Shown here: positions 17,853 through 27,459 of the stretch, piece after piece
Numbering within the stretch: the first letter of the stretch is position 1
Layout: each line of letters begins with the position of its first letter
DNA from: Candidatus Daviesbacteria bacterium RIFCSPLOWO2_01_FULL_39_23
Lineage (GTDB): Bacteria > Patescibacteriota > Microgenomatia > Daviesbacterales > UBA10151
Assembly (NCBI GenBank): GCA_001776935.1
Contig: MFDN01000001.1
Location: forward strand, 101,449-165,448
Direction: 5' to 3'
DNA: 64,000 nucleotides
Translations under genes and position numbers: made by a program
Notes under the pieces: generated by a model
What the model was told of the DNA's origin: nothing
What the model saw: only the letters and a program-made list of their open reading frames with translations
The model's database searches: none

Positions 17853-19318
17853 AAATAATTAAAAATAGGTGGTTTAAGATTCTTATATTTATTTTTATTT
17901 TTGTTTTTACATTTATACTGCGTGCACATAATTATGAGAAAACTCCGGGCGCTCTTCATCTGGATGAAATGTTGTATGCCTGGTCAGGAATTTATTTAAT
18001 TGAAACCGGTGTGCCTGTTTCCTGGTCTACTCTGGACTATCCAAAAAGGGCGGAAGTTTTTAAAGGGATAATAAATTATAAAGGTGGGCAACCGGAGACT
18101 TCTGTAACTTTATATAAGCCTTGGTTGGATGAACCGCCGCTTTTTTCGCTGATAGTGGGATTTTTTGCTCATATTAACGGGGCAGCAAGAACAGATTTTA
18201 TCCCTTCTTCGTATATTCGAATTCCCAGCATTATTTTTGCAAGCCTTGTTTCAATATTTATTTTTTTAATCGCGAGAATGGTTAGCAATTTTTGGGGAGG
18301 AATATTGGCCATGCTTGTGTACGGAACGGTTCCCATAATGGTTATTGCTTCAAGAGTTGCTCTTCCGGAAAATCTTATCGCCTTAATTTTTGTAGTTATT
18401 GCTTATTTGTTGTTAAAGTTTTATCAGCATCCCCGCTTTATCTATATTTTGCCAATCCCCTTATTAATTGGAATTGCGGGTCTTTCAAAGCCTACCGGAT
18501 TTTTCTTGCTATTTTTGCCCATATATTTTGTTTTAAAAAAATTTGCAGAAATAGGCAAATTAAAAACATCTTTTAAATATGTATTGTATTTATTTTTATT
18601 TTGCCTTCCTTTTATAGGGGCATTTATCTTATACGGTATTTATTATGATGCGGATATTTTTTGGCAAATTACATCAATTCAGTCTTTTAGACCTGTCGGG
18701 TTCAAGAGTTTAGGATGGTTTTTTGTTTCTCCTTCATATGGTACATCAATACTTACTGATGGTTGGTATATTTTTTGTCTTCTTTCTGCAGCGTATTTTA
18801 TTTTTTCACCAAAAGAGGGTCTTAAAAGAATGATCAGTTTGTTTTTCATCTATTGGGTGGGGGTTGTGATGTTAACAGGAGGCGAAGGTGATATGTTGGC
18901 TTGGTATCGCTTTCCTGCATTTCCTTTTTTAGCAATTTTGGGGGGATGGGGTTTGCAAATATTAGTCACTAAGGCCAACCTTTTTACCTCATTTTTAGCA
19001 GTTGGTTTATTGTTAGGTAGCAGATCTTTGCTGGTAAATGCCTTCAGGTCAAATATTACTCCAATAGGATACAGGTTATTTTTAGGCTTATTTTTACTAC
19101 CTTCAATATTTAATTCCATTTTCGAAAAGCAATGGTTGTTAAAATTAAGCAAACTATTAACAGTAACAATAATCGGGATAGGAATATATTTTAATGTGGT
19201 CTATATTTATAATACTTTTGAATTGGAATGTGAAAGCAAATCTTGCCCGATTGTTCCTTCGACATTCCTTTCCACCTTGCATTTTCCGTTAATTTGGAGA
19301 TGGATAGTCTTAAAATAA
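17849..19318 (+). CDS. GT-C-type glycosyltransferase (family C)
   Basis: LDEMLYAWSG..L...GVPVSWST, PWLDEPPLFSLI; paralogue of 25833. Confidence 0.7.
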   Translation: MKIIKNRWFKILIFIFIFVFTFILRAHNYEKTPGALHLDEMLYAWSGIYLIETGVPVSWSTLDYPKRAEVFKGIINYKGGQPETSVTLYKPWLDEPPLFSLIVGFFAHINGAARTDFIPSSYIRIPSIIFASLVSIFIFLIARMVSNFWGGILAMLVYGTVPIMVIASRVALPENLIALIFVVIAYLLLKFYQHPRFIYILPIPLLIGIAGLSKPTGFFLLFLPIYFVLKKFAEIGKLKTSFKYVLYLFLFCLPFIGAFILYGIYYDADIFWQITSIQSFRPVGFKSLGWFFVSPSYGTSILTDGWYIFCLLSAAYFIFSPKEGLKRMISLFFIYWVGVVMLTGGEGDMLAWYRFPAFPFLAILGGWGLQILVTKANLFTSFLAVGLLLGSRSLLVNAFRSNITPIGYRLFLGLFLLPSIFNSIFEKQWLLKLSKLLTVTIIGIGIYFNVVYIYNTFELECESKSCPIVPSTFLSTLHFPLIWRWIVLK

Positions 19319-19331
19319 TCTTAGAAAATGT

Positions 19332-20984
19332 ATGAACATAAAGATTTTAGTAGGGTTTATTGTTATATTATTCATTGCTTTTGTATTAAGATTTTATAAT
19401 TTTACCTTAGTGCCGCCTTCCCTAAATTGGGATGAGGTGTCCATTGGCTATAATGCCTACTCGATTCTAAAAAGCGGTAAAGATGAATGGAATCAGTTCC
19501 TTCCTCTTCACTTTAAATCCTACGGCGAATATAAATTGCCTGCGCAAGTTTATATTAGTATTCCGGGAATTTATTTGTTTGGATTAAACGAATTTGGCGT
19601 AAGGATCACACCGGTTATATACGGAACAGTGACAGTTTTTATTATGTTTTTCTTGGGGAGGAATTTATTTGGTAACAATTTCGTCGGTTTTATATCAGCT
19701 TTTCTTTTGGCGATTTCTCCTTGGCATATTCAGTTAACCCGTGCGTCTTTTGAATCATCCCTTGCAACACTTTTTGTTACATTGGGTATTTGGTTTTTTG
19801 TCAAAGGTTTTAAGAAGCAGATTTGGTTTGTGTATTCTATGATACCTTTTGCTATTTCTGTTTTTACTTATAACTCTGCTAGAATCTTTGCCCCGGTATT
19901 TTTGATTGCTTTGTTTTTGATATACAGGAAAGATCTGATTAGATTTAAAAAGTTTGTAATACTTGCAATTGTTATATTTGTAATCTTACTTCTTCCTCTT
20001 ACCCCTTATCTTTTAAGCGGAGAAAGGAGTGCAAGATACAAACTTGTTAGCATCACTGATGACCCGGGTTTGGTTTTAAGAATTAATGAGAATCGGGGAA
20101 AGACCAATCTTCCTGAGCCATTACCTAAGGTAGTGCATAATAAAATTACATATACAGGTATTGCTTTTGCAAAGAATTTTCTTGCCCATTTCTCTCCAGA
20201 ATTCTTGTTTATCTCGGGTGCTCCGCATAAGCAGCATCACGCTCAAAGAATAGGACAGTTGTATTATTTTCAGGCAGTGTTTTTGTTGATCGGTTTAATC
20301 GGATTATTTAAATTAAAACAGAAATTCAAAGGATTGCTTTTGTCCTGGGTATTATTGGCTTTTTTACCTGTTTCGGTTACAAATGACAGCATACCTCATG
20401 CCCTCCGTACTTTAATTGCAGCACCCTTTTTCCAATTAATTACTGCTTTTGGGATGCTTATAGTTTCTGTCTGGCTGCGAAATAGATCTATTTTATGGAA
20501 AGGATCGGTAATTTTGGTTGTATTGATAATTTTTGTATTGCAATTTGTAAGTTACATAAATAATTATTATCAGGTATACCCAAAATTGTATTCGCGGGAC
20601 TGGCAGTATGGCTATAAGCAGGTTGTTGAGTATATCAAAAACCACTATTTTGAATATGATCAAATTATTTTTACCAGGCACTACGGCGAGCCGCATATGT
20701 TTACTTTATTTAATTTAAATTATGATCCGGCAAAATATCAAAATGATCCGAATTTAATGAGATTTGAAACTCATGATTGGGTTAGGGTTTTAAGATTTGA
20801 TAAGTTCTATTTTCCTGATTTAGGCGATGAAGGAACTAGATTTGTCGACATAGTTTCAGAAAATCCCAGCAAGAAATTACTATTTATTGGAAGGGCTGTA
20901 GATTTTCCTAAAGAAGTGCCAAGAATCTTTTCGATTGACTTTCTAGACGGAGAAAGAGCATTTGATATCGTTCAAGTAAAATAA
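19332..20984 (+). CDS. PMT/ArnT-like GT-C glycosyltransferase (family B)
   Basis: PPSLNWDEVSIGYNAYSILKSGKDEW...YGEYKLP; SPWHIQLTR; WQYGYKQ. Confidence 0.8.
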   Translation: MNIKILVGFIVILFIAFVLRFYNFTLVPPSLNWDEVSIGYNAYSILKSGKDEWNQFLPLHFKSYGEYKLPAQVYISIPGIYLFGLNEFGVRITPVIYGTVTVFIMFFLGRNLFGNNFVGFISAFLLAISPWHIQLTRASFESSLATLFVTLGIWFFVKGFKKQIWFVYSMIPFAISVFTYNSARIFAPVFLIALFLIYRKDLIRFKKFVILAIVIFVILLLPLTPYLLSGERSARYKLVSITDDPGLVLRINENRGKTNLPEPLPKVVHNKITYTGIAFAKNFLAHFSPEFLFISGAPHKQHHAQRIGQLYYFQAVFLLIGLIGLFKLKQKFKGLLLSWVLLAFLPVSVTNDSIPHALRTLIAAPFFQLITAFGMLIVSVWLRNRSILWKGSVILVVLIIFVLQFVSYINNYYQVYPKLYSRDWQYGYKQVVEYIKNHYFEYDQIIFTRHYGEPHMFTLFNLNYDPAKYQNDPNLMRFETHDWVRVLRFDKFYFPDLGDEGTRFVDIVSENPSKKLLFIGRAVDFPKEVPRIFSIDFLDGERAFDIVQVK

Positions 20985-20997
20985 CAAAAGATCTTAT

Positions 20998-21036
20998 AAC
21001 CGCTCCGTTCTGCCTTTGGCGGGAGCAGGAGTTTAT
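20998..21036 (+). mobile_element. 39-nt minimal hairpin element related to the 38203-38340 element; may also act as a terminator between convergent genes
   Basis: TTAT|AACCGCTCCGTTCTGCCTTTGGCGGGAGCAGGAGTTTAT; ends match the 138-nt element (AACCGCTTCG ... GAAGTTTAT); internal stem-loop. Confidence 0.6.
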
Positions 21037-22679
21037 GGGGCGCATTTTAGTTGGGGATTAGTGCTATAGCCGTAAAGAATGGTTTTCCCTAGTAGGTCTT
21101 TAAATTCATAGCTTAAGGTAAATGCATGGTCTTTGGCTTGATCTTTTGATAAAGTTGCATCATCAGTAACTATTATTTCATTTGCACATTGATCAATATC
21201 CCATCTGATATTTCTTATATCAATATTATCGATCTTTCTATATTTATTAAAGTCTACATTGGTGTAATAGTTTCTCAACACTTGGGGGTTTGTCTGTTTT
21301 TGTAGTTGGTAGGGCTCGGTTTTCTTATATGTCGCCATTAGAATATAAGGGGCATCATAGATTTCCGTATCTAAAACAAAAGATTGGTCCTTTAATTTTT
21401 CACTAAGATTTGCAACTTCTAAATAAGGATATCCAAATGAGGAAGATCGTTCGCTTTTAAATATAATAAAATATGACATATACAACATTAGGCAAGATAT
21501 CAAACCTAGAAAGATTCCTAAACTATATTTAATGAGCTTAAGATGAAAGATTTGTAATAAATTGAATAATCCAAAACTAATCAAAATGCTAATACCCCAA
21601 AGCGTAGGTAACATTCTTAATGTATAAAAAGGGTCGCCTGTTAAAGCAGCAGGCAAAGATCCAAAAGCTATGCACAGGAAAATAAGTTTAATAACGCTAT
21701 CAGTGCGATTATAGTAAACATATTTAATTCCTAAAAAGAACGGAATAATCATCCAAAAATAAAATACACTCATATCAGGCATTGATCTAAATGATTGGTT
21801 TTCCGCCTCGAAAAATAAACTTCTGGGTGAGTATGAAGATATATATTGTGAGGAAAACTTATTAAGTATATATAGGCTTCTGCCAAAAACGAGAATTTTC
21901 TTAAAGGTTCCTCCATATTTTTCAAATGTTTGTTTTTGGGTAAACCCTTGTGTATTAAATCTTTGCAGTGACCCGGGGGTTGTTAAAAGTAAAAGTTGTG
22001 GCAGGGAAATAAGGAAGAAAATTATTATTCCAATGAAAATAATTTTTTTATTCTTGATGAAGTTTTTTTTAAAAACAATGATAATTAATATTAGAAAAAC
22101 AAAGGATAAAACCCTTTCTGCGTGGTACGCATATGCGGAGAATGCTAAAGTCGCAGTGGCCGGAATAAAGAAAATAATTCTTTTAATAGATAAAATAAAA
22201 AAGAACATGCTTGTTGCAAATATAATCAAAGCAAAATTTGCCTCGACCGCCACTCTGCTTTGAAAGATGGCCCAAGGTGATAGGCTTAGTACCAAAGCAG
22301 ATAGAATGGCTAAAGAGGAGTTGTGTCTAATTTTCGACCTTTTAAGGATTAAATAGGTGATTAACACTAAAAACGTTCCTGATAGAGCTGATAAGAAGCG
22401 TATAGAAAATATATTCAGTCCGAATAATGCTATTGGGATAGTAGTGAAATAGGCATACAAAGCAGGCTTAAAGTCTCCAAATGATCTTAAAAAAATAGGG
22501 AAAGGCTGACCATATTCATCTTTGCCGGTATTTAAAAGTGAATAAGCATTATAACCAAGCGAGGCTTCGTCAACGTAAAGTCCGGCAGGAATATTATCCA
22601 AAGATACAAATCTAAGAAAGACTGACAGTAGCAAAATGATACAAATAGGCACTATTTCTTTAAAGAGCTTTTTTGACAT
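21033..22679 (-). CDS. PMT/ArnT-like GT-C glycosyltransferase (family B)
   Basis: PAGLYVDEASLGYNAYSLLNTGKDEYG...FGDFKP; SPWAIFQSR. Confidence 0.8.
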   Translation of the reverse strand: MSKKLFKEIVPICIILLLSVFLRFVSLDNIPAGLYVDEASLGYNAYSLLNTGKDEYGQPFPIFLRSFGDFKPALYAYFTTIPIALFGLNIFSIRFLSALSGTFLVLITYLILKRSKIRHNSSLAILSALVLSLSPWAIFQSRVAVEANFALIIFATSMFFFILSIKRIIFFIPATATLAFSAYAYHAERVLSFVFLILIIIVFKKNFIKNKKIIFIGIIIFFLISLPQLLLLTTPGSLQRFNTQGFTQKQTFEKYGGTFKKILVFGRSLYILNKFSSQYISSYSPRSLFFEAENQSFRSMPDMSVFYFWMIIPFFLGIKYVYYNRTDSVIKLIFLCIAFGSLPAALTGDPFYTLRMLPTLWGISILISFGLFNLLQIFHLKLIKYSLGIFLGLISCLMLYMSYFIIFKSERSSSFGYPYLEVANLSEKLKDQSFVLDTEIYDAPYILMATYKKTEPYQLQKQTNPQVLRNYYTNVDFNKYRKIDNIDIRNIRWDIDQCANEIIVTDDATLSKDQAKDHAFTLSYEFKDLLGKTILYGYSTNPQLKCAP

Positions 22680-23373
22680 AATTTTTTTTAATAACTGAAG
22701 CAGCTCCTAAGGCTATAACAATACTAATATAGGGGAATAAAAGAATCGGGCCTAATTTAAAGTAGGGAGAGATAAACCCAGTTATGATAATAGAAGCGAG
22801 CAAATACGCAGTTAAGGCCTTAATTTTTCCAAAGGATAATGCATGTATTAGTACACCTATTATAAAAAGGGGTAGCAGAAAGGGGGAGTATTTTTCAAAC
22901 TCATCAATACCTGATTTCTCTCTTGGATGGCTTGAAAAAAAATATAGATTTGGATCAACAGAATATGATATGTTTCTTAGGTATTTTCCGAGAGACATAC
23001 TCCAATTCTTATAGAAATTTTGAGACAGCTTATTGGTAAATAAGATTCCTAAACCGTCCGCATATACGCCATGTCTTTGTGTTTGTATTTTTTCATCAGT
23101 AGGACTTAGGGTCTTTAAGGTGTAGTCAAAATGATTTTTAATCAGTAGAGTAGATAATATAACAAACAGTACTCCCATTATGACCGATAATTTTAATCCA
23201 GAAAATACATTAAAAGAGGCAAAAAATAAGATAAAAGTAATGAGTATTAGCAGCAGTCCATACAAAAAATTTTCCTTTAAAATAAGTATCCACCAAAAGT
23301 TTGCAAAAGTAATTAATATAAAGACAATTAGCTTAAGATAATAAGAGTGCAGAGATGGGTTTGTCTTATTCAT
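22660..23373 (-). CDS. Short membrane protein resembling the central/C-terminal TM part of family-B GT-Cs
   Basis: LFTNKL...YLRNISYSVDPNLYFF..HPRE...FLLPLFIIG resembles LFHNK...NY...FS..FLF..GD..R of the full-length paralogues; no N-terminal DE loop. Confidence 0.5.
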   Translation of the reverse strand: MNKTNPSLHSYYLKLIVFILITFANFWWILILKENFLYGLLLILITFILFFASFNVFSGLKLSVIMGVLFVILSTLLIKNHFDYTLKTLSPTDEKIQTQRHGVYADGLGILFTNKLSQNFYKNWSMSLGKYLRNISYSVDPNLYFFSSHPREKSGIDEFEKYSPFLLPLFIIGVLIHALSFGKIKALTAYLLASIIITGFISPYFKLGPILLFPYISIVIALGAASVIKKNYVKKAL

Positions 23374-24988
23374 TAATCTCCATTATATATAAATAGAATG
23401 CAGGTGTTAAATTGGGCAAAGTAATTGTGTGAATTTTTTTAAGTTGCGACTGCGCAGGAGGAATATTAGATGCTGGTACTATATAAAGGATAGCTTCTGC
23501 TATGTTTTCTCTTTCCCACGAAATCTCCCTTATTTGGTATTTATCAAAGAAAGTCCCTTCTCTATTGCTTTTGCTTTCCAAAATTCTCTGAGGGTCAAGA
23601 TTTGTGTTATATGGGATATAAACACTTGGGAGCCCCGAATAGATATTTCCCGGGCCGAACCTTGGGTCAATTATTATTTGCTTAAATTCTTTATATTTTG
23701 GTTTGATAAAAAGCGCCATTTGTTTGTATCCATATTGAAATCCTTCTGCATGATCTTTCGGAAAATGATAATAAAAAACAGCCAAAAAAAATATAAATGA
23801 AACAGTTAAAACTATAATAAATATTATTTTCCAGATAATATTTACAGACCTCCAGAATATCAAAATTCCAATAGAGCATATGATAGAGATCGGGATAACT
23901 GTAATGAGATTTCTGGAGGTGCTTTGAGGACCAGTGGTTAAAGATGCAGTAATAGGAGTTGTTATTAAGAGAGTATAAATAAATTTAGTTTGCTCTTTAA
24001 ATAATAGTCTTGTCTTAATAATTCCAAAAATAAAAAAAGGAAGAAAAGGGAATAGAAAAACTCCTATTTGGAAAGGATCTCCTTGTGGAAGCAAATTATA
24101 GCCGGTGAAGAAAAGGTAGGAAAGGTTAAAATACAAAGAATATTTTTCCCAAATTGCCTGTAAAATAAATGCTAACTTTTGCCAAAAGAGAAAGCTAGGA
24201 TCTTCTAATTTCTTTGCCAGGTATGGTTCTTTTAAAATATTTTCAGTTCCGGCCCTTGTAGTATTTTGCAAATTATTGATTGAATCTAAGATAAGCGGAG
24301 TGATAAGGATTAAGAATAATATGATTCCCAAAAAGTAAAGTTTTCTATTGGTAATTTGCTTGCGGTTTAGGATTAAAAGCACTCCTATGATAAATGGTGT
24401 AAAAACCCACTCAGCGTGATATCCGTATAAAGATAGGGCAAAGGATATAAAGGTCAGTAAAATTATGACAACATTGTTTTTCTTCAAACTTAGAAAGAAT
24501 AGATAGATTCCTGAAGTGAAAAAGAATAGAGCTATATTGGCTTCGTAAGCCATCCTGGAGGCCAGTATATGTATGGGTGAGATAGAAAGAGCAAATGAGC
24601 TAAGCAGACTTAAGGATTTATTTTTGGTGAGCTCGAAAACTAATAAGCCCAAAATTAATATTGTTAAACTGCCAAGTAAAGCAGAAGGAGCTCTGGCTGC
24701 AAAGTCAGTATTACCAAAGATTGATATAGTCGGAATTGTTAAGTAGGCGGTTAGTGGAGCTTTGTATGTATTGTGGGACTGAAAAGACAGGGGCAGAAAA
24801 CGATTGTGTCCGTCTCTAAGAGTTTTAGATACAGAATATGCGTCATATGCAATAGATATTTCATCATTTGATAAATGAGGAGGAACTAAATTTAAATATA
24901 AAAACCGTGTGAGTATTGTTAAGCTTACAATAAGCATAATTAAGATTCTAAAGTCTAATTTAAAATCCATAGAAAATAATTTTTTCAT
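23366..24988 (-). CDS. PMT/ArnT-like GT-C glycosyltransferase (family B)
   Basis: PPHLSNDEISIAYDAYSV..T..D...YKAP; FQYGYKQ; ATG 24988 overlaps the upstream stop (ATGA). Confidence 0.8.
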   Translation of the reverse strand: MKKLFSMDFKLDFRILIMLIVSLTILTRFLYLNLVPPHLSNDEISIAYDAYSVSKTLRDGHNRFLPLSFQSHNTYKAPLTAYLTIPTISIFGNTDFAARAPSALLGSLTILILGLLVFELTKNKSLSLLSSFALSISPIHILASRMAYEANIALFFFTSGIYLFFLSLKKNNVVIILLTFISFALSLYGYHAEWVFTPFIIGVLLILNRKQITNRKLYFLGIILFLILITPLILDSINNLQNTTRAGTENILKEPYLAKKLEDPSFLFWQKLAFILQAIWEKYSLYFNLSYLFFTGYNLLPQGDPFQIGVFLFPFLPFFIFGIIKTRLLFKEQTKFIYTLLITTPITASLTTGPQSTSRNLITVIPISIICSIGILIFWRSVNIIWKIIFIIVLTVSFIFFLAVFYYHFPKDHAEGFQYGYKQMALFIKPKYKEFKQIIIDPRFGPGNIYSGLPSVYIPYNTNLDPQRILESKSNREGTFFDKYQIREISWERENIAEAILYIVPASNIPPAQSQLKKIHTITLPNLTPAFYLYIMEINE

Positions 24989-25806
24989 ATCTTTGGGTTG
25001 ACTAGTAAGAAAAGTGTTAAAACCCAAAGAGAAAGATAGAAGGTTTTATTGATTTTTTGTAGCCCTAAAATAATTAGGAAAAGGAAAATTGGCGAAAGCA
25101 AATAAAGGGACTGAAATTTATCCGGCGATCTATCAATTCCCGCAGTAAAGAGAGTGACGAAAAATGCCATTAAACAAAAGTTCCTAAATACTTTTTCCTG
25201 TTTAAAAAGCAAACTAAAACCCATAAAAAGCGGATAGATATTTGCAATTAAAAGAACATCAGAAATATTTTTTAAATTCAAAAAATCAAAAAAATTTGTA
25301 AAAGCAGCGTAGATATAAACAAGCTTTGAATAAAGTAGTTGACGCATTTTGAATGGCAGGAATAGGGCATCTTCCGTGTGTCTTTTAATATGGTAATTGA
25401 TTTCCGGCGAATTAAAGATTAGTTGTGTATCTTGTAAGTTGAGAGGGTATTTTATAATTTCTCCTGAGTAAATATTCCCCACGAATAAAGAAATAGCGAA
25501 GAATATTAAGATCCATTTTTTTGGCCAACGTTTATATAAGATAAAAAAACTCAAAGAAATTAGTGGTAACAATGAGATGAGATTAATATAAGGTAAATAA
25601 TTAAAAAGCGGAATAAGGCTAAAAGAAATAATTATGAGGTAACTTAAATAATAACTTTTGTTTAAAAAGCTTTGAAAAAAATATATTGATAAGACAAGCA
25701 AGAATGAATTAGTTAAAGCAACTGATAAGCTGTGATGGGAGAACAAATTTAATATAAAAGCTAAGAGGAAACATAAAGTTGTAGAAAGTATAAATTTAAA
25801 TTTCAT
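24985..25806 (-). CDS. Short membrane protein, weakly similar to the internal loop region of family-B GT-Cs
   Basis: Highly hydrophobic; LIFNSPEIN...LP....LLYSKL..I...FTNFF aligns by eye with SI.DDP...IN..R...LP....HNK.....KNF. Confidence 0.45.
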   Translation of the reverse strand: MKFKFILSTTLCFLLAFILNLFSHHSLSVALTNSFLLVLSIYFFQSFLNKSYYLSYLIIISFSLIPLFNYLPYINLISLLPLISLSFFILYKRWPKKWILIFFAISLFVGNIYSGEIIKYPLNLQDTQLIFNSPEINYHIKRHTEDALFLPFKMRQLLYSKLVYIYAAFTNFFDFLNLKNISDVLLIANIYPLFMGFSLLFKQEKVFRNFCLMAFFVTLFTAGIDRSPDKFQSLYLLSPIFLFLIILGLQKINKTFYLSLWVLTLFLLVNPKI

Positions 25807-25832
25807 AAAATACTATCATAAACTAACTCAAC

Positions 25833-27389
25833 TTAAAAACTGGAAAGGCTTAAAGCAGGCAAGTTCCCCCAGTGTGCTACAAGGTATGGTAAAAATAAGT
25901 TATTATAGATAATACTTTTATAGATAAGATAGGCTAGGAAAATAAACCAGATAAATCTAACAAATTTATATTTTCCAAAGAAAAATCTTGCCAGTAAAAA
26001 TGAGGTAAATATCAGAAAGATCCATCTGTAGTGCACGATGCTTGGTTTAAGACCTAATGCAATACGTCCCCAGTAATAGCTGCTTGAGAAGGCAATAAAA
26101 AAGAATGCATAAGCAGTGGCTATTTTTGGAGTTTCGTATATTTGCCAAATCGCTATTGCAGCAGTGCCTGCTAAAAAGGGCACTAACGAAATTAGATACC
26201 AAGGATAATTTTCACTTCCTATGAGCATGATCAGCAGATAGTGTGTAAAAAGAGGGAGAAGTAAATAAAGAAGATTCCTGCTTTTAATATTGAGGGATAC
26301 AATAACAAAAGAGAGTAAACCCCAAACCCACCATCCATCTACAGGAAAATTTTTAAACTTAAGTGCTTCAAGCATAGTGATTGGCTTTAGAGCGCCAAAG
26401 TAACCGCGGGTAGCATTCGCATTGAGGATATCTAAAAAGATATCTTTTTGAAGCCATAAACCCCAAGCAAAATATAAAAGCATTGGAATTGATGCAGAAA
26501 GAAGAAAAGCAAAAGTTATTTTTTTGGGAATTTTATTTATTATCAATAGAATCAAAGATCCGATTAAAAATCCTATTGCAGGTTCTTTAGCCAGAAAAGC
26601 CAATCCGCCAAATAAACCAGAAAATAAAATAATTGGTATTACCAGAGGCACCCTAGTTTGTTTTTGATATATTTTTATCCCTAAAAATAAGAGTATTAAA
26701 TGTATTAAGATAAAGGGAGGCTCGATATTTTCTAAAAATGCTGTTCTTGTGGCAAGCAGATAAGTTGGGACAGTAGAATAAACTATAACAGCCAAAGTTG
26801 CTACTTGAGGGTTTTGGGTAATGATATAAATAAAAATAAATAATAATGCCGCAGTAATAATAGCTATTGCTAGCGCAGGTTTTCTGAAAGCGTCAGGTTT
26901 GACTTGATCTGCTGTTTGAATACTTGAATTTTCTCCTAAACTGTAAATTAATCCTCCTAAAGGGGGATGATCAAAAAAAGGTGCTACAAAAAACATAAGT
27001 TCAGTACCTTTCATATAATCCATTTGTTCTTTTGCAAAAATCGGTCTGGCGTTTCGTTTAAACTCCTGTAAATTAATAAGGGTGTTTTCCGATTTCATAG
27101 CAAATCCCACTAAATTTCCGGCTCTGGGGTTATTTTTTTGACCTGTGTAAACATGTGAGATTGTAGTCCAGGCTACAGGTAGGCCGGTAGAACGCAAGCT
27201 AAGTCCTTGCCAGACATAATTAAATTCATCTGTGATCGGAGGAGGGATAGTTTCATACCCAAACCATCTATAAAAAGTGCTCTGCCATATGATAATGACA
27301 GAAATTAATATAGAAACTAAGAAAGGCAGTATTTGGAGGAGTTTATTATAGTTTAATTGAGCAAAAATAACTTTTATAGCTGAAGACAT
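25833..27389 (-). CDS. GT-C-type glycosyltransferase (family C)
   Basis: TDEFNYVWQG.SL...GLPVAWTT, PFFDHPPLGGLI; paralogue of 17849. Confidence 0.7.
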   Translation of the reverse strand: MSSAIKVIFAQLNYNKLLQILPFLVSILISVIIIWQSTFYRWFGYETIPPPITDEFNYVWQGLSLRSTGLPVAWTTISHVYTGQKNNPRAGNLVGFAMKSENTLINLQEFKRNARPIFAKEQMDYMKGTELMFFVAPFFDHPPLGGLIYSLGENSSIQTADQVKPDAFRKPALAIAIITAALLFIFIYIITQNPQVATLAVIVYSTVPTYLLATRTAFLENIEPPFILIHLILLFLGIKIYQKQTRVPLVIPIILFSGLFGGLAFLAKEPAIGFLIGSLILLIINKIPKKITFAFLLSASIPMLLYFAWGLWLQKDIFLDILNANATRGYFGALKPITMLEALKFKNFPVDGWWVWGLLSFVIVSLNIKSRNLLYLLLPLFTHYLLIMLIGSENYPWYLISLVPFLAGTAAIAIWQIYETPKIATAYAFFFIAFSSSYYWGRIALGLKPSIVHYRWIFLIFTSFLLARFFFGKYKFVRFIWFIFLAYLIYKSIIYNNLFLPYLVAHWGNLPALSLSSF

Positions 27390-27459
27390 TTGAATTCATT
27401 ATGACAGGGAGAAAATTCAGTTGCAATATTGTAATCATGTTATGATTAAGTTTGAGAAT

